Of a stretch of DNA of 55,092 nucleotides, positions 36,494 to 45,237 are shown piece by piece. The translations under genes and the position numbers were made by a program. The notes below the pieces were generated by a model. It did not search any database. It was not told the DNA's origin and saw nothing but the letters and a program-made list of their open reading frames with translations. Each line of letters opens with the position of its first letter. The stretch's first letter is position 1. The stretch is from IMG/VR virus record IMGVR_UViG_3300044624_000829, positions 1-55,092 of that record; one strand, 5' to 3'. This stretch comes from a virus (taxonomy: Duplodnaviria > Caudoviricetes).

Positions 36494-36997
36494 TTATTTC
36501 TTTTTGCGACTATCTATATTATTGTTGAGATAGACATATTTTTGCCAATTTTTATTAATAGCATCCGATACAGTTTTTTTAAATTCCCTATTAGGAAGAA
36601 AACCATAAAATCTACCATTCTTATTACCGTAATTATTTATGGAACTATTATACATTATTTTACACAACCTATTATCAGTATTCCAATTCATGTGATAATG
36701 TAACTGACCTGTTTCATTTGATTTACCAAAATCAATAATCTTTCTTTTAGATCGCGAAAAAGTTATAATAGATAATTTTCCAATGTTCTCAGGTAAGACA
36801 ACACCATCTCTATTTGAAATTACCGTGTTAATAATTTCACCATTAAATGCTCGTATAATATCTGAAAATTCTTTTAGAGTTAAATCCGGATATTCAGGAT
36901 ATTTTCTGCTAAATTTAGACAACTCAAAAGTATTCATAATAGATGTTGATTTTAATCTATTACGTGAAGCATTTCTATCTGGAGTATTGTATGCCAT
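36494..36997 (-). CDS. Basic IHF/HU-like protein, 167 aa
   Basis: Helix followed by GVVLPENIGKLSI, reminiscent of the HU/IHF fold; IHF-like genes occur in crAss-like structural blocks. Confidence 0.5.
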   Translation of the reverse strand: MAYNTPDRNASRNRLKSTSIMNTFELSKFSRKYPEYPDLTLKEFSDIIRAFNGEIINTVISNRDGVVLPENIGKLSIITFSRSKRKIIDFGKSNETGQLHYHMNWNTDNRLCKIMYNSSINNYGNKNGRFYGFLPNREFKKTVSDAINKNWQKYVYLNNNIDSRKKK

Positions 36998-37007
36998 AGT
37001 ATTTAAT

Positions 37008-37036
37008 AATATACGGATTTTTTAGGAGACTTACAA
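37008..37036 (-). promoter_or_regulatory. Candidate promoter TTGTAA-N17-TATATT
   Basis: TTGTAA-N15-CGTATATTATTA, same boxes and spacing as 41165-41193; lies just downstream of a terminator. Confidence 0.55.
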
Positions 37037-37057
37037 TGTCTTCTAGTAAAGATAGAT

Positions 37058-37098
37058 AAATAAAATAAACCCTAGCTGATTTCTCAACTAGGGCTTTT
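37058..37098 (-). terminator. Intrinsic terminator ending the fibre gene cluster
   Basis: AGCCCTAGTTGA-GAAA-TCAGCTAGGGTT hairpin followed by a T-rich tract; a short T run on the other side suggests it may be bidirectional. Confidence 0.8.
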
Positions 37099-37135
37099 GT
37101 CAGTCACAAAGAAACCAACCAACTGTGACATTTTA
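37058..37135 (-). ncRNA. Candidate 3'UTR-derived small RNA (GUUGGUUGGUUUCU-loop hairpin + terminator)
   Basis: GTCACAG-TTGGTTGGTTTCT-TTGTGAC hairpin (37129-37103) directly before the terminator; loop complementary to the AAAAACCAAC leader motif. Expression is inferred, not shown. Confidence 0.35.
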
Positions 37136-37140
37136 AATAT

Positions 37141-37761
37141 TTAAAGGCAGCCAACAAGATAAAGAAAATATGTGTCAGATGCTTTAGTACCTTCTGAATC
37201 AGTAACTACAACTTTAGCCATTCCTGCTCGTCCTGTATTAGAAGAAGAGCAAGCATCAAAAACATTTATTATAGCCGGATTTGCTGAAGGTAATACTTTT
37301 GCGGGATTTGTAGGATCAAGTGGATCAACACCTAATTGCCACATAGAAACTCCGCCACCAAATGTCCAATCAGCCATATACCAAGTATATGTATATGGTG
37401 CTCTACCACCAGTTACATTTGCTTCTAATCCTCGAACACTAGGTGATATTTCAACATAAAGAGGAATTGCTGATATTGTTACTGTAGTTAGATTACTTGT
37501 AACACTTATACCATCACCTTCTACTATTGATTTAGTAAATAAAGCTGGCCCAACGCCATCGTTTACAATTGATTCACCGGTTCCCACTGAACCTAAAGTA
37601 ACATCGTTACCTGATCCCGTTGATCCTTGTGGACCTTGTGGACCAACTACGCCTTGTGGACCTTGTGGACCTGCAGGACCTTGTTCTCCTTGTAAACCTC
37701 TTAATCCACGTTCTCCTCTTTTTGGAACGCAATCATCACACTTTTTACATTTAGTTGCCAT
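37141..37761 (-). CDS. Collagen-repeat fibre protein, 206 aa
   Basis: CKKCDDC N-terminus, about 12 G-X-Y triplets, a fibre repeat shared with the 468 aa protein, Ig/PKD-like C-terminus ([12 protein letters not shown]...VVVTDSEG). Confidence 0.8.
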   Translation of the reverse strand: MATKCKKCDDCVPKRGERGLRGLQGEQGPAGPQGPQGVVGPQGPQGSTGSGNDVTLGSVGTGESIVNDGVGPALFTKSIVEGDGISVTSNLTTVTISAIPLYVEISPSVRGLEANVTGGRAPYTYTWYMADWTFGGGVSMWQLGVDPLDPTNPAKVLPSANPAIINVFDACSSSNTGRAGMAKVVVTDSEGTKASDTYFLYLVGCL

Positions 37762-37773
37762 AGTTTTATTTAT

Positions 37774-38805
37774 TTATTCGCAAGGAACATTTGTTGTTAA
37801 TATACATGCTGGAACACCGTAACATTCCGAAAAAGTTGTAGAAGGATCAGGACAACTCCATGTTCCTGTAGATCCAAAACCGGCTACAGTTAAAGGTGGT
37901 AGTTGTAATAGATTTTTAGTAGAAAATAAAATATAAGGTTCTAAATCAGTTACCGTTGCACCTAATGACATTAACGATAACATTTCATTTCTAGTTCTAT
38001 TGTATATCTCTGCTCCTACACCTTTTGATCCTCCTTGATCAATACCTTCCATTATAATAGTATGTGTTCCTGCCGGAAGTGTTATAGGGAATAGATGCCA
38101 TGTCTTAAATGGTTCTTCAATAAAAGGATTAATCAATCCTCCGCTAGGACTAGTATCTGCTAGTAATGTAACTACATCAACTAAACCGCCAAAAGCTGGA
38201 GAATTAATTCTTATTCTTACTTGATTATCGCCACCTATACCTAAAACATATTCTTTTTCTTCAGGAACAACAACGCAAAATTCAAATGTAACCCATTGAT
38301 TTAACGGCCATGGATTAATCCACAACCCCGCAATATTCAATCTACCTGTTACTGAGTTTGTGGATTTAAAAATTGAATTTACAGAAGCTGCTGTAATAGG
38401 AACAGGTACTCCTATTCCGTTATTATCTTTTAAAATATATGTACTAGATGGTGGTTCAAATCCTATTACGGGCCAAGTATATACATCTAAACTACTATAC
38501 ATTTTTGCGCCATTAATGCTGTAAGCTGATAAATTATCCCCTCCTACTACATTAGCGGTAGTTCCTGTAAATGTTGCAGTTGATAAAGTTACTTGTTCGC
38601 AATCATTACTTATAGGGTTAAATATAAATCCTTCAGGACAATTACAAGGACACACAATAGGAATCCATTCACATCCGTTCCAATATTTTGTTGGACAATT
38701 TTTAGGATCTAATAGTACCCATGTATTTGTACTATCTAATAAATGAATATTACAATTACACGGATCTAACCAAGTTGTACCATCATATATTTTCCACCCA
38801 CTCAT
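37774..38805 (-). CDS. Cys-rich fibre/receptor-binding protein with a PA14-like beta-sandwich, about 343 aa
   Basis: Start probably the ATG at 38805 (ATGA overlap) rather than TTG 38811; [16 protein letters not shown]; [17 protein letters not shown]...[14 protein letters not shown] resembles PA14-like carbohydrate-binding domains. Confidence 0.6.
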   Translation of the reverse strand: MSGWKIYDGTTWLDPCNCNIHLLDSTNTWVLLDPKNCPTKYWNGCEWIPIVCPCNCPEGFIFNPISNDCEQVTLSTATFTGTTANVVGGDNLSAYSINGAKMYSSLDVYTWPVIGFEPPSSTYILKDNNGIGVPVPITAASVNSIFKSTNSVTGRLNIAGLWINPWPLNQWVTFEFCVVVPEEKEYVLGIGGDNQVRIRINSPAFGGLVDVVTLLADTSPSGGLINPFIEEPFKTWHLFPITLPAGTHTIIMEGIDQGGSKGVGAEIYNRTRNEMLSLMSLGATVTDLEPYILFSTKNLLQLPPLTVAGFGSTGTWSCPDPSTTFSECYGVPACILTTNVPCE

Positions 38806-39230
38806 GTACAAGGTTCAATCCAGATATCTCCGGGCTTAATTTGATTATTTCCTGTAATATAATTTACCCCAAAACCTTCTATACCGCCGTACTGTAAATT
38901 AAAATCAGCATTTGTAGGTATAGAAATTTGAGCAAAAACAGCAATACCTCTTCCTGATTTTCCATCTACGCCGTCAGTACCATCAGTACCATTAGCACCA
39001 TTAACACCTGCAGCACCCGGAAGTCCCGGCGCGCCAGTTAAGCCAATTGATCCTGCCGCTCCAGTTGCTCCTACAGGGCCTTGCGAACCTGTTGCACCAA
39101 CGGGGCCTTGAGGTCCTGTTAAACCCGGTAATCCCGGTAGTCCTTGAACACCTTGTATACCTTGAACGCCTTGTATGCCAGGTATTCCTTGAGGGCCTCT
39201 ATCTCCATCTTTACACGGACAATTTGCCAT
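38802..39230 (-). CDS. Collagen-repeat protein, 142 aa
   Basis: About 29 consecutive G-X-Y triplets; ends [12 protein letters not shown]. Confidence 0.85.
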   Translation of the reverse strand: MANCPCKDGDRGPQGIPGIQGVQGIQGVQGLPGLPGLTGPQGPVGATGSQGPVGATGAAGSIGLTGAPGLPGAAGVNGANGTDGTDGVDGKSGRGIAVFAQISIPTNADFNLQYGGIEGFGVNYITGNNQIKPGDIWIEPCT

Positions 39231-39232
39231 TA

Positions 39233-40639
39233 TTAATAGATTTTATTTAAAACAAATATGTCACTGTAGATATTATTTCCTAAAAATGCAGTGCCCCATT
39301 GAGCTGTTACATCTAATGTATTAGAAATTGTAGTATCAAATGTTGTATTATTCACTGTGTTAAATCCAAATCCTTGCACAGAAGCATTGTTAGTTTTTGT
39401 ATAATGAAAAGAACCTAAAGTTACAATAGATGCTACACCAGCAGCTCCTATAGCTCTAATAGTAAAATCAATATTTAAAGACCAAATATCATTTACAACA
39501 CTACTCCCTAGATTCTGTATACCACTATCCAAAAGAACAATAGATCCCGCTTTAACTCTAATTGTAATATTTTGATTGTTATTAGCATTCATTACACCAC
39601 CAAACACAGCTCTAAAAGTATCTCCTACTTGAAATCCAGAATAGGCAGGCAATGTCAATGTTCCTACACCACCACCTATAAGACTGCTTTCCACAGTAGT
39701 GTTAGTGATTATAGCACTGTTTGTTGTTTGTGCAAATAGACCATAGTTTATTGTAGCTGGAGGTACCGGACTTGTATTTGTAATTTGTATTTCAGTTGCG
39801 CTAGATGTTATTGCAATACCACTTCCTGCAGTAATTGATTTAGTAGCAAGAGCTGATCCTATACCATCATTTACAATTGATTCGCCAGCTCCAACTGAAC
39901 CTAAAGTAACGGCAGATCCTAGATCTGTATTTGTAACTGTAAAGTTTGGATATGTTCCGGTAATATCAATACCCGCTCCTTCATTTAATACCACAGTTTG
40001 ATCAGGCGCAGAGTTAGTTATTGATACGGTAGCTGCAGCAGCACCAATTAATATTCCGCTACCCGCAGTAAGACCTTTTGTTGATAAGGTAGGACCTGTG
40101 CCATCAAAAACTAAACTAGTACCACCCGCAGAAGTTAACGTTACGGCAGATCCTGAATCATTATTAGTTATTGTAAATGTAGTAACTGCACCTACAGTAT
40201 TAGAAGTAACTGTAATACCAGTCCCTCCTACAATTGCATCAACAGGAAAATCAATATTATCTATTGCTAATTCTAAATTTTCTACCTGTTCACAAAAATA
40301 AGTTACAACTAGTTCTAATGCAGAATTTAAGAGCGTTCCTTCTGGAACAACAATATCCTGATCGCAAAGAATATCAGCATTTACCGTTACCGTATCGCTA
40401 GCACAAATAAAAGATATTATGTTTGATAATGCTTGTGCTACATTAGTATCTGTTTCAACAATAGTAATATTGTCGCATACTAAGTCAGCTCCTGTATATC
40501 TTATACATGCTGCTGAAAATGATTCTGCGCATTCATCAGAAGGACATACAATAGGATTACAAATTTGATTAATATGTAATGCTTCTGTTGTACAACCGCA
40601 GTTTGGATCTTGAGTTTCGTTACAATTATTGCAAGCCAT
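39233..40639 (-). CDS. Fibre protein, 468 aa: Cys-rich N-terminus, beta-repeat shaft, C-terminal head domain
   Basis: Repeats of the type (I/L)xAGxGIxIT...; two copies of VTLxSxG...DGxG...TK. Confidence 0.7.
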   Translation of the reverse strand: MACNNCNETQDPNCGCTTEALHINQICNPIVCPSDECAESFSAACIRYTGADLVCDNITIVETDTNVAQALSNIISFICASDTVTVNADILCDQDIVVPEGTLLNSALELVVTYFCEQVENLELAIDNIDFPVDAIVGGTGITVTSNTVGAVTTFTITNNDSGSAVTLTSAGGTSLVFDGTGPTLSTKGLTAGSGILIGAAAATVSITNSAPDQTVVLNEGAGIDITGTYPNFTVTNTDLGSAVTLGSVGAGESIVNDGIGSALATKSITAGSGIAITSSATEIQITNTSPVPPATINYGLFAQTTNSAIITNTTVESSLIGGGVGTLTLPAYSGFQVGDTFRAVFGGVMNANNNQNITIRVKAGSIVLLDSGIQNLGSSVVNDIWSLNIDFTIRAIGAAGVASIVTLGSFHYTKTNNASVQGFGFNTVNNTTFDTTISNTLDVTAQWGTAFLGNNIYSDIFVLNKIY

Positions 40640-40654
40640 AATTTTATATATTAA

Positions 40655-41146
40655 TTACAATACAATAGCTTCTAAAGCAGTAACCCTAGCTACTAATTGT
40701 TGTATTGCAGTTTGTTGATTTTGAATTGTTACTTCTTGTTCACATACTTTTTGTCCAATAGCTTGTATGTAATTTGAAATTGTTTGTTGTACTCCTTCAT
40801 TTACAAAACATGCTGCTACGACAACACTTGTATCGTTAGTGGGATTTGATGTTTGATCATTACAGCAAGTAGCTTCTATATTACAAATACGATCTATAAT
40901 AATTTGAATAAACTCTCTAAATGTGTGAGGTAATTCACATGTTGCAATATCTAGACAAGCTAGATCATAAGTATCTGGATCTAATTGATCTTTAAGTGTA
41001 CACAACAAACATCCCATTTGGAATATAATATCTGAAACTGTATCACCTTTACACAAGTTTAAACATTCTATATCATTACCTTGCCAAACAACACAGTTTG
41101 ATGATGTTGGTGAACAAGGAAGAGATTTTTTATTTACAGGTTTCAT
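40655..41146 (-). CDS. Cys-rich structural protein with C-terminal coiled coil, 163 aa
   Basis: ORF track; SSNCVVWQGNDIEC module; IQQLVARVTALE coil. Confidence 0.6.
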   Translation of the reverse strand: MKPVNKKSLPCSPTSSNCVVWQGNDIECLNLCKGDTVSDIIFQMGCLLCTLKDQLDPDTYDLACLDIATCELPHTFREFIQIIIDRICNIEATCCNDQTSNPTNDTSVVVAACFVNEGVQQTISNYIQAIGQKVCEQEVTIQNQQTAIQQLVARVTALEAIVL

Positions 41147-41164
41147 ACGAATGTTATTTATAAT

Positions 41165-41193
41165 AATATACGCAAATTAATTAACAATTACAA
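41165..41193 (-). promoter_or_regulatory. Candidate promoter TTGTAA-N17-TATATT
   Basis: TTGTAA-N15-CGTATATTATTA, matching 37008-37036. Confidence 0.55.
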
Positions 41194-41208
41194 AGGCGGT
41201 GACTCAAA

Positions 41209-42018
41209 TTAACCACAATTAGCTTGACATTCTGTTAAAGTTAAGTACTGCCCTTCTGTTCCTTGTATTTCTACACAATTAAATGTTGACTCACATGTAC
41301 CTAGTCCAGTAATTGATAAAACTACAGATCCTATTGCATATATATCACTACTTGTTGCATTAGGAATTGAACATATATTAACCAAAATATTAGATTTAGA
41401 TGCAAAAAAATCTACTTCTACTTCAATACCTTCACAATTCTTATAAAATAAAGTTCCACCTTCACTTGCTTGTATAAGACATTGATATAATACACAAGTT
41501 ATTATTTCTACGCAATTATATGACACTAGAGTTGGAGGTGGTGGAGGTGGTGGAGTTTTAGATTGAATTAATAATAGTTTTATTTTTTCATTGTTTATAT
41601 AGATTTTGTCTTCATCTTCCGGACAACAATCTTTAATTCCAAATCTTTTATTTAAAACTTTTTTATATTCATTTTCAGCATATTTACAAAAAACACTTTC
41701 AACTATATCTGGATCGCAATTTCCAGTAGTATAATTTGGATCAACAATTCTAGGTTTTAACGGATAAGGTGTAGGATCTGGTGGCAAACAATCACCGCAA
41801 TCTTCATAACATTTATAAACTCCTAATACAATATCTTCTTCTACAGGTTGATATGCTATTTGAAATACTTGCCAACAACCATCTAGCGGTTTATTATTGT
41901 TATCTCTAAGAGTAATAACTTGATCTACTACTTCAGATAAATCAAAATTTGTAATTATATCCTCTTGAATATTTGCACAGTCTTCTAATCTATATGAAAA
42001 TTCCGTTTGATATAACAT
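41209..42018 (-). CDS. Cys-rich structural protein with poly-Pro hinge, 269 aa
   Basis: ORF track; many Cys; TPPPPPPPT linker. Confidence 0.6.
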   Translation of the reverse strand: MLYQTEFSYRLEDCANIQEDIITNFDLSEVVDQVITLRDNNNKPLDGCWQVFQIAYQPVEEDIVLGVYKCYEDCGDCLPPDPTPYPLKPRIVDPNYTTGNCDPDIVESVFCKYAENEYKKVLNKRFGIKDCCPEDEDKIYINNEKIKLLLIQSKTPPPPPPPTLVSYNCVEIITCVLYQCLIQASEGGTLFYKNCEGIEVEVDFFASKSNILVNICSIPNATSSDIYAIGSVVLSITGLGTCESTFNCVEIQGTEGQYLTLTECQANCG

Positions 42019-42028
42019 TTTTTAATCT

Positions 42029-42175
42029 TTATTTATTTTGAGAACTTTTTGTTTTTAAATTAGCCTCATAAGTAGTGACACAACTTTTACAACAATGTTT
42101 ACCATCAGAGGCAACACGTTTTTGACATCCGCAACTTATACCTTTTCCACAATTACCACATTTTTGATTTGACAT
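42029..42175 (-). CDS. Small Cys-rich putative metal-binding protein, 48 aa (not in ORF track)
   Basis: MSNQKCGNCGKGISCGCQKRVASDGKHCCKSCVTTYEANLKTKSSQNK*; 7 Cys; preceded by the AAAAACCAAC leader; fills the gap between neighbours. Confidence 0.8.
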   Translation of the reverse strand: MSNQKCGNCGKGISCGCQKRVASDGKHCCKSCVTTYEANLKTKSSQNK

Positions 42176-42187
42176 ACAGGTTGGTTT

Positions 42188-42745
42188 TTAGCAAGTCTGA
42201 CATTTTAATTTATTTAATCTTTTAAGAGCATAGTTATATAAATCCATACCCTTATCTGCTTTATGGCAAAACTCTACCATATTTTTTGCAGCCTCAAGAT
42301 AAGATTTAATTTCCATAAGTTCCTTTAGTTTTGTTTTTTTATCTACAGGAGGATCGCATGGAGCAAGTTCTAGTTCGCATAAATGTTTATTCCATTTAAT
42401 TAAAGCTTGAGTAATTCTTAAATGATTGTATTCTACAAAAACTATTTCATTAGGAGATACGCTATATTTAATTACATATATACCATCCGGTAAACAATCA
42501 TATGTAGTTCCACAATTATTTGTTTGTATTTCTAAATTACATGCAGACAAATTTACAATAAACCCTGCTTGTATCTCTACAGGAGTAGTATCGTTAAATG
42601 TTGTAGCTGTAATAAATCCCGGAACCAATACTTGTAATGTAGGACAAGATATAGGAATTAAATCTGTATAGATACTAGAATCTTGAATTGTCAAAGACCA
42701 GTCATTCATTGTATCAGGTATAATTAAGCTTAATGCGTGCTTCAT
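42188..42745 (-). CDS. Structural protein, possible tail hub, 185 aa
   Basis: TLQVLVPGF...LPDGIYVIKYSVSP Ig-like half plus helical C-terminus; position after the auxiliary-capsid-like gene. Confidence 0.5.
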   Translation of the reverse strand: MKHALSLIIPDTMNDWSLTIQDSSIYTDLIPISCPTLQVLVPGFITATTFNDTTPVEIQAGFIVNLSACNLEIQTNNCGTTYDCLPDGIYVIKYSVSPNEIVFVEYNHLRITQALIKWNKHLCELELAPCDPPVDKKTKLKELMEIKSYLEAAKNMVEFCHKADKGMDLYNYALKRLNKLKCQTC

Positions 42746-42759
42746 AACTTATTAGTTAA

Positions 42760-42799
42760 TATAAAAAGAGAGAACAGAGAAATCCTCCGTTCTCTCTTT
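42760..42799 (-). terminator. Intrinsic terminator after the 540 aa gene
   Basis: AAAGAGAGAACGGAG-GATTT-CTCTGTTCTCTCTTT followed by TTATATT. Confidence 0.8.
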
Positions 42800-42823
42800 C
42801 AAGAATTTTAAATAATTATCCTA

Positions 42824-44446
42824 TTAAGGCGCTGGTACAGGAACTGGAACAACAGGACAAACAACATGTCCAAACGTTTCAATTCCAGACAATAAGATCT
42901 GATCTCCAAGTGGATTTCCTGCTGCAGACAACCATACTTGCATGAAGTTAATAAATACCGTAGGGTTTGTACCTGCTGGTAAATAAATATTCAAGTTGTA
43001 TTGATCATCATCATGTACAGATGACGGGTTATTGTAACGAGGAACAATGTGTTGAATTACATACTTATCATAGAAGATAGGTTGATTCAAGCTGTTAACT
43101 GAAGGAAGTGCATTAAAAATATCATTTCCTTGAGTAATCTCACGGATACGAAGATCAGTTGAAAACTTATTTTGCAAATAAGATTCAGCAAGAATCAATT
43201 CACGAACATAAGTATCACCATAACCTTGTCCACCAAAACCACAACATTCTTGTTCAACACAAAGACCGTTAAATGTACAAGGATCTCCATTCTCATCAGA
43301 AAGAGAAATATCCATTTGTACTACCTCTCTTCCATAGTAATCAGAAGTTTGGAATGTACATGTACCAAAACGAGTATCAACATAAGCACCAATCAAACGA
43401 ATACCTGCCAATGCTCCCGGAGTATGTCCTGTAGAAACATAGTTAGTCCACACTTGAGTTGCTGGCCATCCTGCCGCTACAGCTTCTGCTGCTGTTGCAA
43501 ACCAAGGATCATTTGCTTCATCAAATACAATTGGACGTACAAATTCCTTCAAGTAAGGAGAAGTAATTATTTGGTTAGCCCAATCAATCATTACCAATGT
43601 TGAATCAACAGCTACCGGCGCAATAGAATTTTCAGGACAACATCCTGTATATGCCGCTAACAAACGGTAAGAATCATGATTTAAATAACGAAGAACTGGA
43701 GCACCATTTAAATTGATAAACAAGTTGTAAGTTTCTCCGCAAAGAAATTCAAACTCGCAATTTTGTGTACCTACTGCTGCTACAGTAAATGTAGGATATG
43801 TACCACAAACTAAACCGGTAGATGGATCTGGATCTAGTGTAACAATGTTACCTATAACATAATCAACTCCAACTTGGTTTTCTACAACAGAAACAACTAC
43901 ACCGCCAACAACAACAACGTCTACAGTCATACCTGTACCTGCTCCACCTGAAACAGGAACATTTGTGTAACTTCCGTTAGCAGCACACCCAATACCAGGA
44001 GTGGTAATAGTTAGTGTTGTACCTGATTGAAAGTTTGTAACTCCAATATGCCAAATTGACTGCTGTGACGCAGCTGAAGTCATTCTGTAAAAGTTAGTAA
44101 CCAATTTAGGATTAATATACTTTGATTTGTTAGACTCTTGATAACCTCCATGAAAAGGACCAATTTTATCATCTCCCATCAAAGAAGTTCCAGCCAAAAC
44201 CAAAGCTTGTCCTTGAGTTACTGCAGTAGATGCAGCAGTTACGGAAAGATAAGTGTTTTTGTCAAAGAATCCAAATGTACCAACACCCAATGTATTTGGA
44301 GCACCGGTATTTTTAAGAGCGTTAGTTGCAACACCCGCAGTGTCAAGGAAACCATTGTTTACAGCATTAGCCGTACCAGGTACAGCTGCTTGCGTAGCTT
44401 TAGTTCCAACAAATGCCTTATTAAAGGCGTGAGAAAAATAACTCAT
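42824..44446 (-). CDS. Abundant structural protein, probably auxiliary capsid protein, 540 aa
   Basis: Codon bias similar by eye to the major capsid gene (TTC, AAC, ATC, CGT); own promoter candidate and terminator; crAss-like synteny. Confidence 0.55.
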   Translation of the reverse strand: MSYFSHAFNKAFVGTKATQAAVPGTANAVNNGFLDTAGVATNALKNTGAPNTLGVGTFGFFDKNTYLSVTAASTAVTQGQALVLAGTSLMGDDKIGPFHGGYQESNKSKYINPKLVTNFYRMTSAASQQSIWHIGVTNFQSGTTLTITTPGIGCAANGSYTNVPVSGGAGTGMTVDVVVVGGVVVSVVENQVGVDYVIGNIVTLDPDPSTGLVCGTYPTFTVAAVGTQNCEFEFLCGETYNLFINLNGAPVLRYLNHDSYRLLAAYTGCCPENSIAPVAVDSTLVMIDWANQIITSPYLKEFVRPIVFDEANDPWFATAAEAVAAGWPATQVWTNYVSTGHTPGALAGIRLIGAYVDTRFGTCTFQTSDYYGREVVQMDISLSDENGDPCTFNGLCVEQECCGFGGQGYGDTYVRELILAESYLQNKFSTDLRIREITQGNDIFNALPSVNSLNQPIFYDKYVIQHIVPRYNNPSSVHDDDQYNLNIYLPAGTNPTVFINFMQVWLSAAGNPLGDQILLSGIETFGHVVCPVVPVPVPAP

Positions 44447-44484
44447 TTTTTTTACTTTTTAATTAAACATACACATTACAATAT

Positions 44485-44513
44485 AATCTAATCATTTAAA
44501 CTTTAAATTCCAA
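44485..44513 (-). promoter_or_regulatory. Candidate promoter TTGGAA-N17-TAGATT(ATATT)
   Basis: Same TTG-N20-TAnATTAT geometry as the 37008 and 41165 sites. Confidence 0.4.
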
Positions 44514-44529
44514 ACAATTAGAATACTTT

Positions 44530-45228
44530 TTAATTATTTGTTTCAACTTGACTTTCTGATATTTGATTTGTATTATAGTTTTCAATATCAGCTGCAAGTA
44601 TTTTAACAGTTTCATCAATTAACAATTCTACTATATCATCTTTAAATTCAGATTCTATATCTACTGGAGATATAGTTCCTGTATAAGGATTAGATATTCC
44701 GGCAAATTCAATACGTCTTGGTTGCTTATAATACGTGAACTTAATTTCTGAAATATCAAACTTATTATTAGTAAAGACCTTTACCGTATTACCCAATAAA
44801 GTGCAGAAAGTTTCTCTCCATTCAAAACTAGGATTCTTTAAAGGATCTCTTAAATATAAATCTATATTAGCTTCTTCTACAAGATATACTACGAAGTCAT
44901 TAGCCTCACAGCAATCCGTCTTTCCTTTAAATGATACACGTTTGTACTCAAAGTAATTATCAGGAATTGTAGCAGAATAATATTTATCTTGCTCCAATGG
45001 AGTTAACGTATCAACCGTTAATAGTATTTGTAAATCGTCAATTCTTCTTTTAGATTGTTCATCCCCGGTTTTTGTATAATTGGTGCCGTGTAATTGTCTA
45101 CGGCACCAATCTGCAGATCCTTTATTAAATGCTTCAATAATTTGCCAATCTTGGATATTATCATAGTCAAAACTAGCTAACTTATTTAGCCTTTGATATA
45201 TCTTTAATTTTAATGTCAAATTATCCAT
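44530..45228 (-). CDS. Tail ring / head-tail connector protein, 232 aa
   Basis: GDEQSKRRIDDLQIL, IPDNYF, LRDPLKNPSFEW, TYYKQPRRI patterns resemble crAss-like ring proteins as recalled; two genes after the capsid. Confidence 0.62.
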   Translation of the reverse strand: MDNLTLKLKIYQRLNKLASFDYDNIQDWQIIEAFNKGSADWCRRQLHGTNYTKTGDEQSKRRIDDLQILLTVDTLTPLEQDKYYSATIPDNYFEYKRVSFKGKTDCCEANDFVVYLVEEANIDLYLRDPLKNPSFEWRETFCTLLGNTVKVFTNNKFDISEIKFTYYKQPRRIEFAGISNPYTGTISPVDIESEFKDDIVELLIDETVKILAADIENYNTNQISESQVETNN

Positions 45229-45237
45229 AACGTATTA

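Noticed and set aside
38970-39210. Local GC-rich stretch as foreign DNA
   Set aside because: Explained by Gly/Pro/Ala codons of the collagen repeat.
42824-44446. 540 aa protein as a contractile tail sheath
   Set aside because: No tube, baseplate or tape-measure genes are present; the ring/muzzle/cargo layout indicates a short-tailed virion.
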